Positions 9,641 through 18,433 of a stretch of 36,017 bases of DNA are shown piece after piece. A program made the position numbers and the translations under genes. The DNA lies in the NCBI GenBank assembly GCA_050874945.1, contig JBNMLR010000001.1:1-36017 (forward strand). Reading direction: 5' to 3'. The DNA comes from Butyribacter sp. GTDB taxonomy: Bacteria > Bacillota > Clostridia > Lachnospirales > Lachnospiraceae. Each line of letters starts with the position of its first letter. Within the stretch, counting starts at the first letter, position 1. The notes beneath the pieces were generated by a model that was not told the origin of the DNA, did not search any database, and saw nothing but the letters and a program-made list of their open reading frames with translations.

Positions 9641-10831
9641 TTATTTCAAACCGTAGCTCTGTGCAAGCTTCTCAAATGCCGCAAATGACCTCTCTATCAT
9701 AGCCTTTTCCACGCAGTAAGCAATCCTTACATATCCCGGACACATAAATGAGCTTCCCGGAACTATCAAAAGATTAAACTCCTTTGCCTTTGCCGCAAAT
9801 GCAACATCATCCGGCTCCGCCGTTTTCATCCACAGATAAAAAGCTCCCTGTGGCTTTACGCACTCAAAACCAAGTGATGTAAGTTTATCATACAAAAGTG
9901 TACGATTTGTGTCGTAAATTGAAATATCAGTGCTCGCATCAAGGCATTTCTTTATCACAAGCTGCTGAAGTGATGGTGCATTTACAAATCCTAAAATCCT
10001 GTTTGCAACATTTGCTGCCGTAATAAGACTTTCAAAATCATCTGCTTCATCAGGAATGACAAGATATCCTATACGCTCTCCCGGAAGTGACAGGGACTTA
10101 CTGTATGAATAACCGACGATAGCATTGTCATAATATTTTGTAAGATATGGAACTTCGACCCCATCGTATGCAAGTTCCCTGTAAGGCTCGTCAGCTATAA
10201 GATAAATTGCCGTTCCGTATTCTTTCTGCTTATCCTCAAGGACTTTTGCAAGCTCCTTTATCGTCTCCTCCGAATAGACAACACCAGTAGGGTTGTTTGG
10301 ATTATTTATGATAACCGCCTTTGTCTTAGGTGTTATCTTCTCTGCAAATTCTTTTATATTTGGCTGAAATGACGGTGGATTAGGAGAAACCGCAACTATC
10401 TTTCCATCAAAGTTTGCCACATAATTATTGTACTCTCCAAAATACGGTGCAAATGCGATAACCTCATCCTCCGGGTCTATTATCGACTTAAGAATAACAT
10501 TAAGTCCTCCTGCCGCACCTACCGTCATCAAAATATTTTTCTGGGAGAAATGTGTGTCAAACCTTTTATTAAGCGACTGTGCTATAGCTTCTCTTACATC
10601 CTCAAAACCTGAATTGTTCATATATCCATGTAAACGGTTTGGATCCTCGTTAGACGCAATATCAATAATTGCTTCATTCACTTCTTTAGGTGGAAGCGTA
10701 CTCGGATTACCCAAACTGAAATCATATACATTTTCTGCTCCGTATTTTGCCGCCATCTTCTTTCCTTCTTCAAACATGGCACGGATTACAGAACTTCCTT
10801 CAACATATTTAACCATCTTTTTTGCTATCAT
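9641..10831 (-). CDS. PLP-dependent class I/II aminotransferase (aspartate aminotransferase-like)
   Basis: NNPNNPTG, DEPYREL, SYSKSLSLPGERIG. Start moved to ATG 10831 (MIAKKM), which has a GAGG RBS. Confidence 0.9.
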   Translation of the reverse strand: MIAKKMVKYVEGSSVIRAMFEEGKKMAAKYGAENVYDFSLGNPSTLPPKEVNEAIIDIASNEDPNRLHGYMNNSGFEDVREAIAQSLNKRFDTHFSQKNILMTVGAAGGLNVILKSIIDPEDEVIAFAPYFGEYNNYVANFDGKIVAVSPNPPSFQPNIKEFAEKITPKTKAVIINNPNNPTGVVYSEETIKELAKVLEDKQKEYGTAIYLIADEPYRELAYDGVEVPYLTKYYDNAIVGYSYSKSLSLPGERIGYLVIPDEADDFESLITAANVANRILGFVNAPSLQQLVIKKCLDASTDISIYDTNRTLLYDKLTSLGFECVKPQGAFYLWMKTAEPDDVAFAAKAKEFNLLIVPGSSFMCPGYVRIAYCVEKAMIERSFAAFEKLAQSYGLK

Positions 10832-11066
10832 TTCAAACCTCATTTCTATACTTAACTGCATTTAGCCCAATGTAAAATCCACTCATAAATTCATAGCCCG
10901 AAAACTAATGTGTTTGCGAGTGAACAATAACACAATTCATTCTAAGTATAGCACTCTTATATTGCATATGCTAGATTTTTTTCAAATAGATTTTGCTGTT
11001 TGACGATACACAAAATACAAAAGTAGTCACAGCAAAAATAATTTTCAAATTCTCATAATGTGCATA

Positions 11067-11095
11067 TTGCAAATCATTTTTACATATGCTATAAT
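11067..11095 (+). promoter_or_regulatory. Sigma-70/A promoter of the antitoxin sRNA
   Basis: TTGCAA-17 bp-TATAAT with a TG extension. Confidence 0.8.
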
Positions 11096-11101
11096 GTCGT
11101 T

Positions 11102-11172
11102 AGACAAAAGGAAGTTATGTTCCATAGCGAACACAAAACAAAACCCCCGATGCGGCTACATCGGGGGTTTTT
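11102..11172 (+). ncRNA. Type I antitoxin sRNA (par RNA II-like)
   Basis: Lies between the promoter and terminator. 11110-11134 (ggaagttatgttccatagcgaacac) is a near-copy of 11290-11316, so it is complementary to the toxin start region. The 5' end is approximate. Confidence 0.75.
11140..11172. terminator. Bidirectional intrinsic terminator shared by toxin and antitoxin transcripts
   Basis: aaaacccccgatg-cggcta-catcgggggtttt. Confidence 0.85.
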
Positions 11173-11220
11173 ATTCCTATTTTTTGCGTGGAAGGCTTAA
11201 TACCACAGGCTAGTTACCAA

Positions 11221-11307
11221 TTATTTGTCACCATCTAACCATTTGATAATGTAATGACAAATCACACCACCCATGACAGTAACAAATATGGAAGTTATGT
11301 ACTCCAT
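11221..11307 (-). CDS. Type I toxin, Fst-like hydrophobic peptide (28 aa: MEYITSIFVTVMGGVICHYIIKWLDGDK)
   Basis: Translated by hand. Strong RBS AAGGAGGTG. Single hydrophobic helix followed by the KWLD + charged tail typical of Fst-family toxins. The 5' leader has an anti-SD CTCCT. Confidence 0.8.
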   Translation of the reverse strand: MEYITSIFVTVMGGVICHYIIKWLDGDK

Positions 11308-11479
11308 AGCAAACACCTCCTTTCCTTGCCGGTATAGGAGATGGCAACGAATTTATTCTATCATATAAATTTACAAATTACTACAAAATAATCAACTAAA
11401 TTATTTTTGCTGTCACAAAATCTAAAATATACGGCAACTTCAAACACTGTTCAAAAAAATAATAGCCACAAAATAAAAT

Positions 11480-11663
11480 GTAACAGTTCAGCCTTTCATT
11501 TAAGAAATTCATAAACCTGCCAGCAAGCTGTCAGTCGCTGCAATGCAGCTTATGTTTATTTCATTTCAGAAATGAAAGGCTATTCTACCATAAAAAGAGA
11601 ATCAGCAATACAATGAACAAGCTCCTTGTATTGCTAATCATCTTTTTATGCCTGAACTGTTAC
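11480..11663. mobile_element. 184-bp MITE with 12-bp terminal inverted repeats and 8-bp target site duplication
   Basis: GTAACAGTTCAG...CTGAACTGTTAC with aataaaat on both flanks (11472-11479, 11664-11671). Two internal palindromic arms; no ORF. Confidence 0.8.
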
Positions 11664-11692
11664 AATAAAATCAGTATTTTCCAAAAAAGTGC

Positions 11693-11721
11693 TTGCATTT
11701 TCAAAAACATTCTGATATAAT
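11693..11721 (+). promoter_or_regulatory. Promoter of tRNA-Lys copy 1
   Basis: TTGCAT-17 bp-TATAAT with a TG extension. Confidence 0.75.
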
Positions 11722-11751
11722 CTGATTGTTGTCGACAAAAAGACAATATAC

Positions 11752-11824
11752 GCGCTTCTAGCTCAGTTGGCAGAGCACCTGACTCTTAATCAGGGTGTCC
11801 AGGGTTCGAACCCCTGGAGGCGCA
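11752..11824 (+). tRNA. tRNA-Lys(CTT)
   Basis: Acceptor GCGCTTC/GAGGCGC; D-arm TAGCTCAGTTGGCAGAGC; anticodon arm CCTGA-CTCTTAA-TCAGG; T-loop GGTTCGAACC. CCA is not encoded. Confidence 0.97.
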
Positions 11825-11845
11825 TTGCAACATATTCTATTTCTT

Positions 11846-11873
11846 AGGTTCCACGAAAGTGGAATCTTTTTTT
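11846..11873 (+). terminator. Intrinsic terminator after tRNA-Lys copy 1
   Basis: aggttccac-gaaa-gtggaatct followed by a T-tract. Confidence 0.8.
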
Positions 11874-11924
11874 GCACAAAAATATCATATTAACCCTCAT
11901 TTCTGCACACTATCAAGTCATATC

Positions 11925-11950
11925 AAAAAAACGCCACAACGGGCGTTTTT
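11925..11950 (-). terminator. Terminator after the sortase-substrate gene (potentially bidirectional)
   Basis: aaaaacgcc-acaacg-ggcgttttt. Confidence 0.6.
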
Positions 11951-12021
11951 CGATTTAACCTGATTTTCAAAATATAATGCCGGGTACAAAAAACATTTTG
12001 ACCCTTGCATGATAATATCAT

Positions 12022-12906
12022 TTATACAATTTTTCTTCTCTTTAACAATACAAGTCCAACACCTATAAACACAATTCCTGCTGCCCCAGCATATCTTGTA
12101 TCAAAATCCTGTCCTGTTTTCGGAGCTTTATAACTGCCTGTCTGATAATTCACCGGTGATTTTCCCGACCTTTTAAGAGCCTGTGCAGACTTTGAGCTTC
12201 CTGACTTAGTACCACTCGTACTGCTGTCGCTTTTACTCGTACTGCCTGTTGACTTCTTCTTGTTCGTAGTTTTTTTAGTAGTCGTCTTTTTCTTCTTTGA
12301 TTTGCTGTCACCTGAACCCGATTTGTCAGCTATCGCTATAATGGTAGTATCACCTGAAACCGAGTCTATTGTCAAAACTCCGCCATCATATGAATATCCG
12401 CCCGAAACTTTCTTTCCGTCCACGGCAACCGAAACCTTTGAACTTTTAAGTTTATATCCGTCATTTGCAGTAAGCTTGACAGAAAAAGATGTTCCTGCCT
12501 TTACATTACTTTCACCCTTGCTTGCCGTAACACCATAAAAATCATATGAAACTTTATATGTGGATTTTTCACTCGAACCACCTTTACCCTTAGCTGTGAT
12601 AACAGTATTTCCATAAACTTCATCTATGCTGAGAACACCGTTTTCATATGTATATCCATCAGTAAGAGCCGCACCGTTCATTGTAACCGTAACGCTGTCG
12701 GGAAGTGTATATCCATCCTGAGGAGTTAGCGTGATGCTCATTGAACTGCCTTGCTTTACCGTTGTTTCCTGTGATGATGCCGTAAGCCCCGTAAGATTAT
12801 ATGTAACCGAATATGTATCATTTTCATCAGCAGATGCAAAACCTGCTCCATACATACATAATGCCATAGCGACAACAAAAACCATTACCCTTTTTATCAA
12901 TTTCAT
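12022..12906 (-). CDS. Cell-wall-anchored surface protein with two beta-rich repeats and an APKTG sorting signal
   Basis: Signal peptide (start ATG 12906, RBS GAGGA). Two ~75-aa repeats (Y.V.Y...G.TAS...V..G.S.S..LT...GY). S/T/K linker, then APKTG + hydrophobic helix + KRRK. Adjacent to a class B sortase. Confidence 0.8.
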   Translation of the reverse strand: MKLIKRVMVFVVAMALCMYGAGFASADENDTYSVTYNLTGLTASSQETTVKQGSSMSITLTPQDGYTLPDSVTVTMNGAALTDGYTYENGVLSIDEVYGNTVITAKGKGGSSEKSTYKVSYDFYGVTASKGESNVKAGTSFSVKLTANDGYKLKSSKVSVAVDGKKVSGGYSYDGGVLTIDSVSGDTTIIAIADKSGSGDSKSKKKKTTTKKTTNKKKSTGSTSKSDSSTSGTKSGSSKSAQALKRSGKSPVNYQTGSYKAPKTGQDFDTRYAGAAGIVFIGVGLVLLKRRKIV

Positions 12907-12911
12907 ACTAT

Positions 12912-12986
12912 CCTCATTTCTGCACACTTTTTATATCTGTTAAGTTTGTGTCAAGTGTGCGCAGACACAAATCCTGTGCGTGAAAT
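12912..12986 (-). repeat. Dispersed RBS-abutting structured repeat, family B copy 1
   Basis: Minus strand tttgtgtc-tgcgcacactt-gacacaaa...aagtgtgcagaaatgagg; aligns with 24809..24882 and 18066..18140. Confidence 0.7.
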
Positions 12987-13000
12987 TTTCAATGTTATTC

Positions 13001-13792
13001 TCAATTTCTTTTTGCAATAACAAAAAGTCTTCCGTTTTTTTCTACACTGTTACAGGTAGACAAAGTGATAAGCTTATCCCCATATTTCATTTCAACCCCC
13101 GTATCATAAACTTCCAGACTTTTAATCTTTTCCTTAAAATTATCAAATTCTTTCTCACTGGCTGCATTAAGGAAATCATAATATTTAAAAGTATCAGCAG
13201 ACTCATCCGTTATCTTGGAAAGCCCTACAGCCACAATCTGATAATCATATCTTTTATACAAAGTATCAAATGACATAGTCCTATGTTTCTCATAATATGA
13301 CTTATCGAGATAATATTGGAGCGTCCCAAAAATTGAACCGTTTTTCATATTATGTCCATACAATATAACATTGTCATCCGGTTTAAACACATCATTGCGG
13401 GCATCTGCAAAAACCGCCCCCGATTCGTCACTCTCGCCGTCAAAATTATGGTCGAGATAAAACTCCTGATACACGGTACTTTGAACCACCGGATAATTTA
13501 TCTGTGTGCCATCCACAACAAGCCATCCGACAAGGTCTGAGTTTGTCCTATACAGCTTTCTGTACTCCGGAAGTATTTTTGATGTATCAATCCCGTTTCC
13601 ATCACTCATCGAAGCTTTCTTCTGCTGCTGAAGTTTTTTAATCTCCATAGCACTTCTATAACTCTGATACTCGCCAAACCCAAATATCAAAATGAATAAA
13701 ATACCGATAAGTACAAACAAGAGTCCGACCTGTTTTCTTTTCTTATCGTTTTTTTTATGCTTTTTCTTTTCTCTATGCATTTTTTTCTTCAT
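13001..13792 (-). CDS. srtB: Class B sortase
   Basis: N-terminal TM anchor; INYPVVQ, YGHNMKNGSIFG, catalytic TLSTC and downstream R. Start moved to ATG 13792 (RBS AGAGGG). Confidence 0.9.
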   Translation of the reverse strand: MKKKMHREKKKHKKNDKKRKQVGLLFVLIGILFILIFGFGEYQSYRSAMEIKKLQQQKKASMSDGNGIDTSKILPEYRKLYRTNSDLVGWLVVDGTQINYPVVQSTVYQEFYLDHNFDGESDESGAVFADARNDVFKPDDNVILYGHNMKNGSIFGTLQYYLDKSYYEKHRTMSFDTLYKRYDYQIVAVGLSKITDESADTFKYYDFLNAASEKEFDNFKEKIKSLEVYDTGVEMKYGDKLITLSTCNSVEKNGRLFVIAKRN

Positions 13793-13817
13793 ATAAATAT
13801 ACCCTCTAAAAAACAAT

Positions 13818-13852
13818 GTCAAGGATATTCGCAATCCACCCTGTTGCCTGTT
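13818..13852. repeat. Dispersed palindromic repeat, family A copy 2 (degenerate)
   Basis: gtcaaggatattcgcaatccaccctgttgcctg. Confidence 0.6.
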
Positions 13853-13892
13853 ACTGTTTACACCTACATTGCGGCAGGCAGCGATCACAGTA

Positions 13893-16175
13893 TTAAGCTC
13901 TTTTACAGTCAACATACCGCCTTATAAGATTTTCAAGTTCTATATAACCTATCGGCTTTGAAATATAATCATCAAATCCCTCTGACAGATACATACTCTT
14001 TGCGCCAAGAACCGCATTTGCAGTCATCGCTATGACCGGAGTATCTTTATTAGGTGAATTTTCCATTTTTCTAATCAGCTTCAATGTCTCTATGCCGTCC
14101 ATCCCCGGCATCATATGATCAAGAAGAACAAGGTCATACCTGTTGTTTTTCATAAGTTCAAGACACATCTCTCCGCTGCTTGCAACCTCAACATTTATAT
14201 CAGTGACACGAAGCAGCTCTTTTACAACTATCCTGTTTGTCTCAACATCATCGACAACAAGAATTTTTGCATCAGGTGCACTTATATGTGTGTCCTCATG
14301 TTTTTCCCTGTTTTGCAATTTCAAGACATTTTCACCGTTCTTCTCGTGCACTATCCTCTGCAATATCTGGACTTCAAAAACGGAACCCTTTCCAAATTCA
14401 CTTCTCACACTTATCTCTCCACCCATAAGCCTTACGAGCTTTCTTGTGATGGCAAGACCAAGTCCGTTCCCCTCTATCTTATGATTTCGCTGTTCTTCAG
14501 CTCTCTCAAACGGAGAAAAAATCCTGTCAATATCTTCCTTTTTTATACCCCGTCCGGTATCTCTTATCTCAAATATCAGCATTATACTCTCATTATCAGC
14601 CTTTTCCCAGCCGACACCAAGCGTAATCTGACCTTTGTCCGTATATTTAACGGCATTGTTCATTATATTGATGATAACCTGCTTAATTCTCAAAACATCA
14701 CCATGCAGATACAATGGAATATCCTTTGCCATATCAAGTCGGAACTTAAGCCCTTTTTCCCTGATTTTCAGAGAAACAAGATTGATTATATCATTGAGTA
14801 CAAACTTAAGATTGTAATCCTCCGTAACTATATTCGTCTTACCCACCTCAAGCTTAGACAGATCAAGAATATCATTTATAATACCGAGCAATGTCTGTCC
14901 TGCATTTTTTATATACGAAGCATACTTTGAAATCGTCTCAGAATCAGACTCTCTCAAAATCATCTCATTCATTCCCAGCACCGTATTTAACGGTGTCCTT
15001 ATCTCATGGCTCATCTGTGCAAGGAAATTTGACTTTGCATTATTTGCATCATCCGCACTCTTTCTTGCAGCCTCAGCACTTTTCCTTGCCGCCTCAAGAG
15101 CTTCAATAGTCTTTATCTTATCTGTAAGATCATCAATGATGATGATATATCCCATTGTCTCGCCGTACTCGTCAGCTATCCTGTTTATATCAAGTCTGCA
15201 GTGAGCACCATTCGCCCTGCACCTTGCATCTATCTTATCAGAATACCCACCATATTTAAGTTTTTCATTTCCTATTTCAAAAAGATCTGTAAATAAAACA
15301 TTCTCACAATTTTGTTCTGAAATTTTTAGAAAATCCGTCGCACTCTTATTTACGATCCTGAGTTTTTTATTGTAATCATATATAAGTATAGGTGATTTTA
15401 CCGAATAATAGACAAATTCCGACACATTTTCAAGTTTAACCTTATTTTTATTTATAAAAAGATAAATCCTGTAAAGAAGAAAAACTCCGAAAAACTGTGA
15501 CAGAGTGCTCCCCGGAAAAGCATCAAAACCAAACACCGGCATTATCGTATCGAGCAGCATACCTGCAACAATAACGCTCTCGCAAAATACCAGACGCCTG
15601 CCGGCTATACGCTCCCACTTGCGTTCTCCGTTTTTTATCATAAAACCACTGAGCACAAACAAACCTATGGCACATAGAACGCAATATAAATTATACAATG
15701 TGTTCCATATACTCGGAACAAACACATATGTCATACCTATTGCAGACATATGATATACCGTATTGCCTTTCTGCATCAAAAACGGATAGAGCAGGATTGC
15801 CGAAAAAGTGAACCCCTCTATTGCACTTATCCACCATCTCTTCTGCCCGCACCATCTCGCAATGACTAAAATAGCACATATCATATACATAAATGTACCG
15901 ACCATACCCGCACACCGCCAGTAATATGCACAAAGCGGATTTTTCTGTATCCATATAAAGCCAAAGCAGAAACTCCAGATGGAACTGCCTATACATACAA
16001 GTGCAAAAAGAATATTATTTATTTTTAATTTTTCCCTACTACGCAAAACACTCACTGACATTATCGTAGTACAGACAAAAAAACCGAACATCACATACGA
16101 TAGTATTCTGCCCATATCACTCAACTCCTCTACAACGGCTGTCCCGGTCACATCTGATATGCAGCCGCCAGCCAA
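13893..16175 (-). CDS. Hybrid sensor histidine kinase/response regulator (7TM-type input, PAS-like, HisKA, HATPase, REC)
   Basis: About 7 N-terminal TM helices; FLAQMSHEIRTPLN, NNAVKYT, DTGRGI, GNGLGL; receiver ILVVDD...LLDHMMP...SKP. TTG start with GAGGTG; alternative ATG at 16115. Confidence 0.9.
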   Translation of the reverse strand: MAGGCISDVTGTAVVEELSDMGRILSYVMFGFFVCTTIMSVSVLRSREKLKINNILFALVCIGSSIWSFCFGFIWIQKNPLCAYYWRCAGMVGTFMYMICAILVIARWCGQKRWWISAIEGFTFSAILLYPFLMQKGNTVYHMSAIGMTYVFVPSIWNTLYNLYCVLCAIGLFVLSGFMIKNGERKWERIAGRRLVFCESVIVAGMLLDTIMPVFGFDAFPGSTLSQFFGVFLLYRIYLFINKNKVKLENVSEFVYYSVKSPILIYDYNKKLRIVNKSATDFLKISEQNCENVLFTDLFEIGNEKLKYGGYSDKIDARCRANGAHCRLDINRIADEYGETMGYIIIIDDLTDKIKTIEALEAARKSAEAARKSADDANNAKSNFLAQMSHEIRTPLNTVLGMNEMILRESDSETISKYASYIKNAGQTLLGIINDILDLSKLEVGKTNIVTEDYNLKFVLNDIINLVSLKIREKGLKFRLDMAKDIPLYLHGDVLRIKQVIINIMNNAVKYTDKGQITLGVGWEKADNESIMLIFEIRDTGRGIKKEDIDRIFSPFERAEEQRNHKIEGNGLGLAITRKLVRLMGGEISVRSEFGKGSVFEVQILQRIVHEKNGENVLKLQNREKHEDTHISAPDAKILVVDDVETNRIVVKELLRVTDINVEVASSGEMCLELMKNNRYDLVLLDHMMPGMDGIETLKLIRKMENSPNKDTPVIAMTANAVLGAKSMYLSEGFDDYISKPIGYIELENLIRRYVDCKRA

Positions 16176-16229
16176 AAATACACCTCACCGACACAATCCG
16201 TAAAAAGTACATTATCATATTAACATGAT

Positions 16230-17144
16230 TTAATCAGGCAGACTCGGAATAAGTTCAACATAAACCTGGTCAAAATCCTTTCTAAGTTCTGCTCTGATGT
16301 CATTACGAAGCTGCAGAAGAATTTTTGTATTTATAAGATTATTGTGACTTTTAAAATAAATCTCAACCCATGTTTTTCTTCCCGTCTGGATAACATCAAG
16401 AAATTCAATATCACAATACACCTTATCCATATGCTTTTCCGCAGCAAATCTTATACTATCCATTATATCCTGTTCGGGAGCAAAAAGCACCAGATTTTTC
16501 AGATTTACAAAAATCATTTTCACCGGTTCTATAAGCAGAAAACAAGCCATCACTATGGCAACCACGGGGTCAATATAATAAGCTATCCATGCAAATTGCG
16601 TTTTCCTAACGATTATCTGTATAAAGAACGCAACTGCCACTCCAAAACTTGAGATAACATCAAGTTTCCATATGTAAATTTCCGCCTGAATCGTTAGAGA
16701 AGCATATTTCCTGCTGAAATAATGCATTAAAAGATAAATAACAAGACACCCTGCACATACCGCAAGTTCAAAAACGGCAATACTTCCGCCGTCAACGTGC
16801 CTGCCTCCGTGAAAAATCGTATAGAGATTGTCCCACACAAGCTGAATCGTTATGACAAGCAAAACGCTGTATTTTATAACAACAAAAAGTGACTCCACCT
16901 GCGAAAAGCCATATGGTCTTTTTTCAGTGACCGGCTTATACAAAAGAGGCACGAGCACCATAAACGGTCCTATCATTATAAGATCGGTAACATCAAAAAT
17001 ACAATCCATCAAAAGCGAATGTGATTTTGTATAATATGCCATAAATCCCTCAGACAGCATAAACAAAATACTTCCTATTAGAGAGATATTCATAATAATC
17101 TTTTCATATCTCATTTTATTTTGATTTTTTTCCTTTTCTCCCAC
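16230..17144 (-). CDS. Cation diffusion facilitator family transporter
   Basis: About 6 TM helices; KRPYGFSQVES, YIDPVVAI; soluble C-terminal domain. GTG start with GGAGG. Confidence 0.8.
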   Translation of the reverse strand: MGEKEKNQNKMRYEKIIMNISLIGSILFMLSEGFMAYYTKSHSLLMDCIFDVTDLIMIGPFMVLVPLLYKPVTEKRPYGFSQVESLFVVIKYSVLLVITIQLVWDNLYTIFHGGRHVDGGSIAVFELAVCAGCLVIYLLMHYFSRKYASLTIQAEIYIWKLDVISSFGVAVAFFIQIIVRKTQFAWIAYYIDPVVAIVMACFLLIEPVKMIFVNLKNLVLFAPEQDIMDSIRFAAEKHMDKVYCDIEFLDVIQTGRKTWVEIYFKSHNNLINTKILLQLRNDIRAELRKDFDQVYVELIPSLPD

Positions 17145-17168
17145 GTCGGAGCCTCCCTCTTTCTCTTT

Positions 17169-18059
17169 TTACAGATGTTTTTCAAAGCGTCCCATAATAT
17201 TAAGCCCGTCTTTCTGAACTACAAAAGCGTGCTCATCAATCTGCTTTAGCTCTCTCCTAAGCTGTGCACACTCATATTTAGACAAAATAACAATCGTCAT
17301 ATAAGTCTTTTCCTCAGTATAACCGCCTTTTGCCTCCCACCATGTAGCATCACGCTTAAACTGCTTCACTATATAATCCATTATCTGAACAGGTTCTTTC
17401 TTAGTAAAAATAATAACCTCAGCATTTATATTCTGCGTGTGAGTGCGGTCCGTCACGAGCATACTCACTGCCGAATAGATAATACAATAGATTGCTGTCT
17501 GAACACCAAACAAAACAGCACATATTCCATAGACGATGGCATTTAACATAAGCGAAATCCTGCCGACTGAAAATCCCTTAAATTTCTTTGTAAAGAACAT
17601 TCCGACAATATCCATTCCACCGCTTGAGCCACCTGACCTCAAAGCAATACCTATACCTGCTCCGCCAAAGATACCTCCTATGATACTCGCCGAAAGTGCA
17701 TCCGCAACAATAGGTTTTGCCGGTATCGGCACAATGCTCAGAAAGAAAGTCTGACTAACCACGCACACAAGAGTTCTCGCAAAAAAATTTTTACTTATCG
17801 AAAAATATGCCAGAATAAAAAGTGGCACATTGAGAAGCATATTGATAATACCTGCAATATCAGTACTTCCCGAAAAAAGATGAAGATACCTCACCAAAAA
17901 TGTTCTTATTATCTGGCTGACACCAAGCACACCACCGTTATACAGGTCGGCAGGCACAACAAAAAGATTGATGCCTATTGAAAAAACAAGCATACCCACG
18001 ACCGCCGTAATATTTCTTTTCCAAAATTCCATCTGTTTATGAGTTATAACAATTCCCAT
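17169..18059 (-). CDS. YitT family membrane protein
   Basis: LYNGGVLG, LNVPLF, GGSSGGMDIVG, C-terminal AKGGYT...DEHAFV. Start ATG 18059. Confidence 0.88.
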   Translation of the reverse strand: MGIVITHKQMEFWKRNITAVVGMLVFSIGINLFVVPADLYNGGVLGVSQIIRTFLVRYLHLFSGSTDIAGIINMLLNVPLFILAYFSISKNFFARTLVCVVSQTFFLSIVPIPAKPIVADALSASIIGGIFGGAGIGIALRSGGSSGGMDIVGMFFTKKFKGFSVGRISLMLNAIVYGICAVLFGVQTAIYCIIYSAVSMLVTDRTHTQNINAEVIIFTKKEPVQIMDYIVKQFKRDATWWEAKGGYTEEKTYMTIVILSKYECAQLRRELKQIDEHAFVVQKDGLNIMGRFEKHL

Positions 18060-18065
18060 GGTAAT

Positions 18066-18140
18066 CCTCATTTCCGTATATTTTTTGTGCGCCTAAGTTT
18101 TGCGTCAAGCGTGTATCAAATGTATGCAGACACAAATCTT
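18066..18140 (-). repeat. Dispersed RBS-abutting structured repeat, family B copy 2 (degenerate, 11-nt longer loop)
   Basis: Minus strand gatttgtgtctgcatacatttgatacacgcttgacgcaaaactt...ggaaatgaggat. Confidence 0.6.
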
Positions 18141-18212
18141 ATTTGCAATTTTTTTCACTGTCCTATATTTATTATCGACACTTTTTCATCTCTTAATTCC
18201 ATGATGCAAACA

Positions 18213-18382
18213 TAAAAAAGAGCAAAACCAGCGTTTTGCTTCGCAATTCTCGTTGGCATCACACTACTTTACGAGCATTTTCCTATACATTAAAAAAGAG
18301 CAAAACCAGCGTTTTGCCCTCCAAGAATTGCTTCGCAATTCTCGTTGGTTTTCCGCTATGTTACGAGCACTTTCCTATAACA
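18213..18382 (-). repeat. Two tandem terminator-containing repeats downstream of tRNA-Lys copy 2
   Basis: Units 18213-18290 and 18291-18382 share taaaaaagagcaaaaccagcgttttgc...ttcgcaattctcgttgg...ttacgagca.tttcctata. Confidence 0.8.
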
Positions 18383-18430
18383 TAAAAAAAAGTCCCTACC
18401 CAACAGACTAAACTGCCAAACGAGGACTTT
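18383..18430 (-). terminator. Probable terminator directly after tRNA-Lys copy 2
   Basis: Minus strand aaagtcc...ggact followed by a T-tract. Confidence 0.55.
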
Positions 18431-18433
18431 CAG

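Larger units (their letters stand above)
11026..11416. mobile_element. Inverted-repeat-bounded mini-cassette containing a type I TA module
   Basis: gtcacagcaaaaataattt (11026-11044) and aaattatttttgctgtcac (11398-11416) are an 18/19 inverted repeat with a perfect inner 16 bp. Flanking 8-mers match only 5/8. Confidence 0.5.

Noticed and set aside
18213-18382. Possible mini-CRISPR array
   Set aside because: Only two long units, each containing a terminator, with no repeat-spacer periodicity.
11825-18433. tRNA-anchored prophage or integrative island
   Set aside because: Integration leaves direct, usually partial, tRNA repeats. These are full-length and inverted, and there are no integrase or phage genes.
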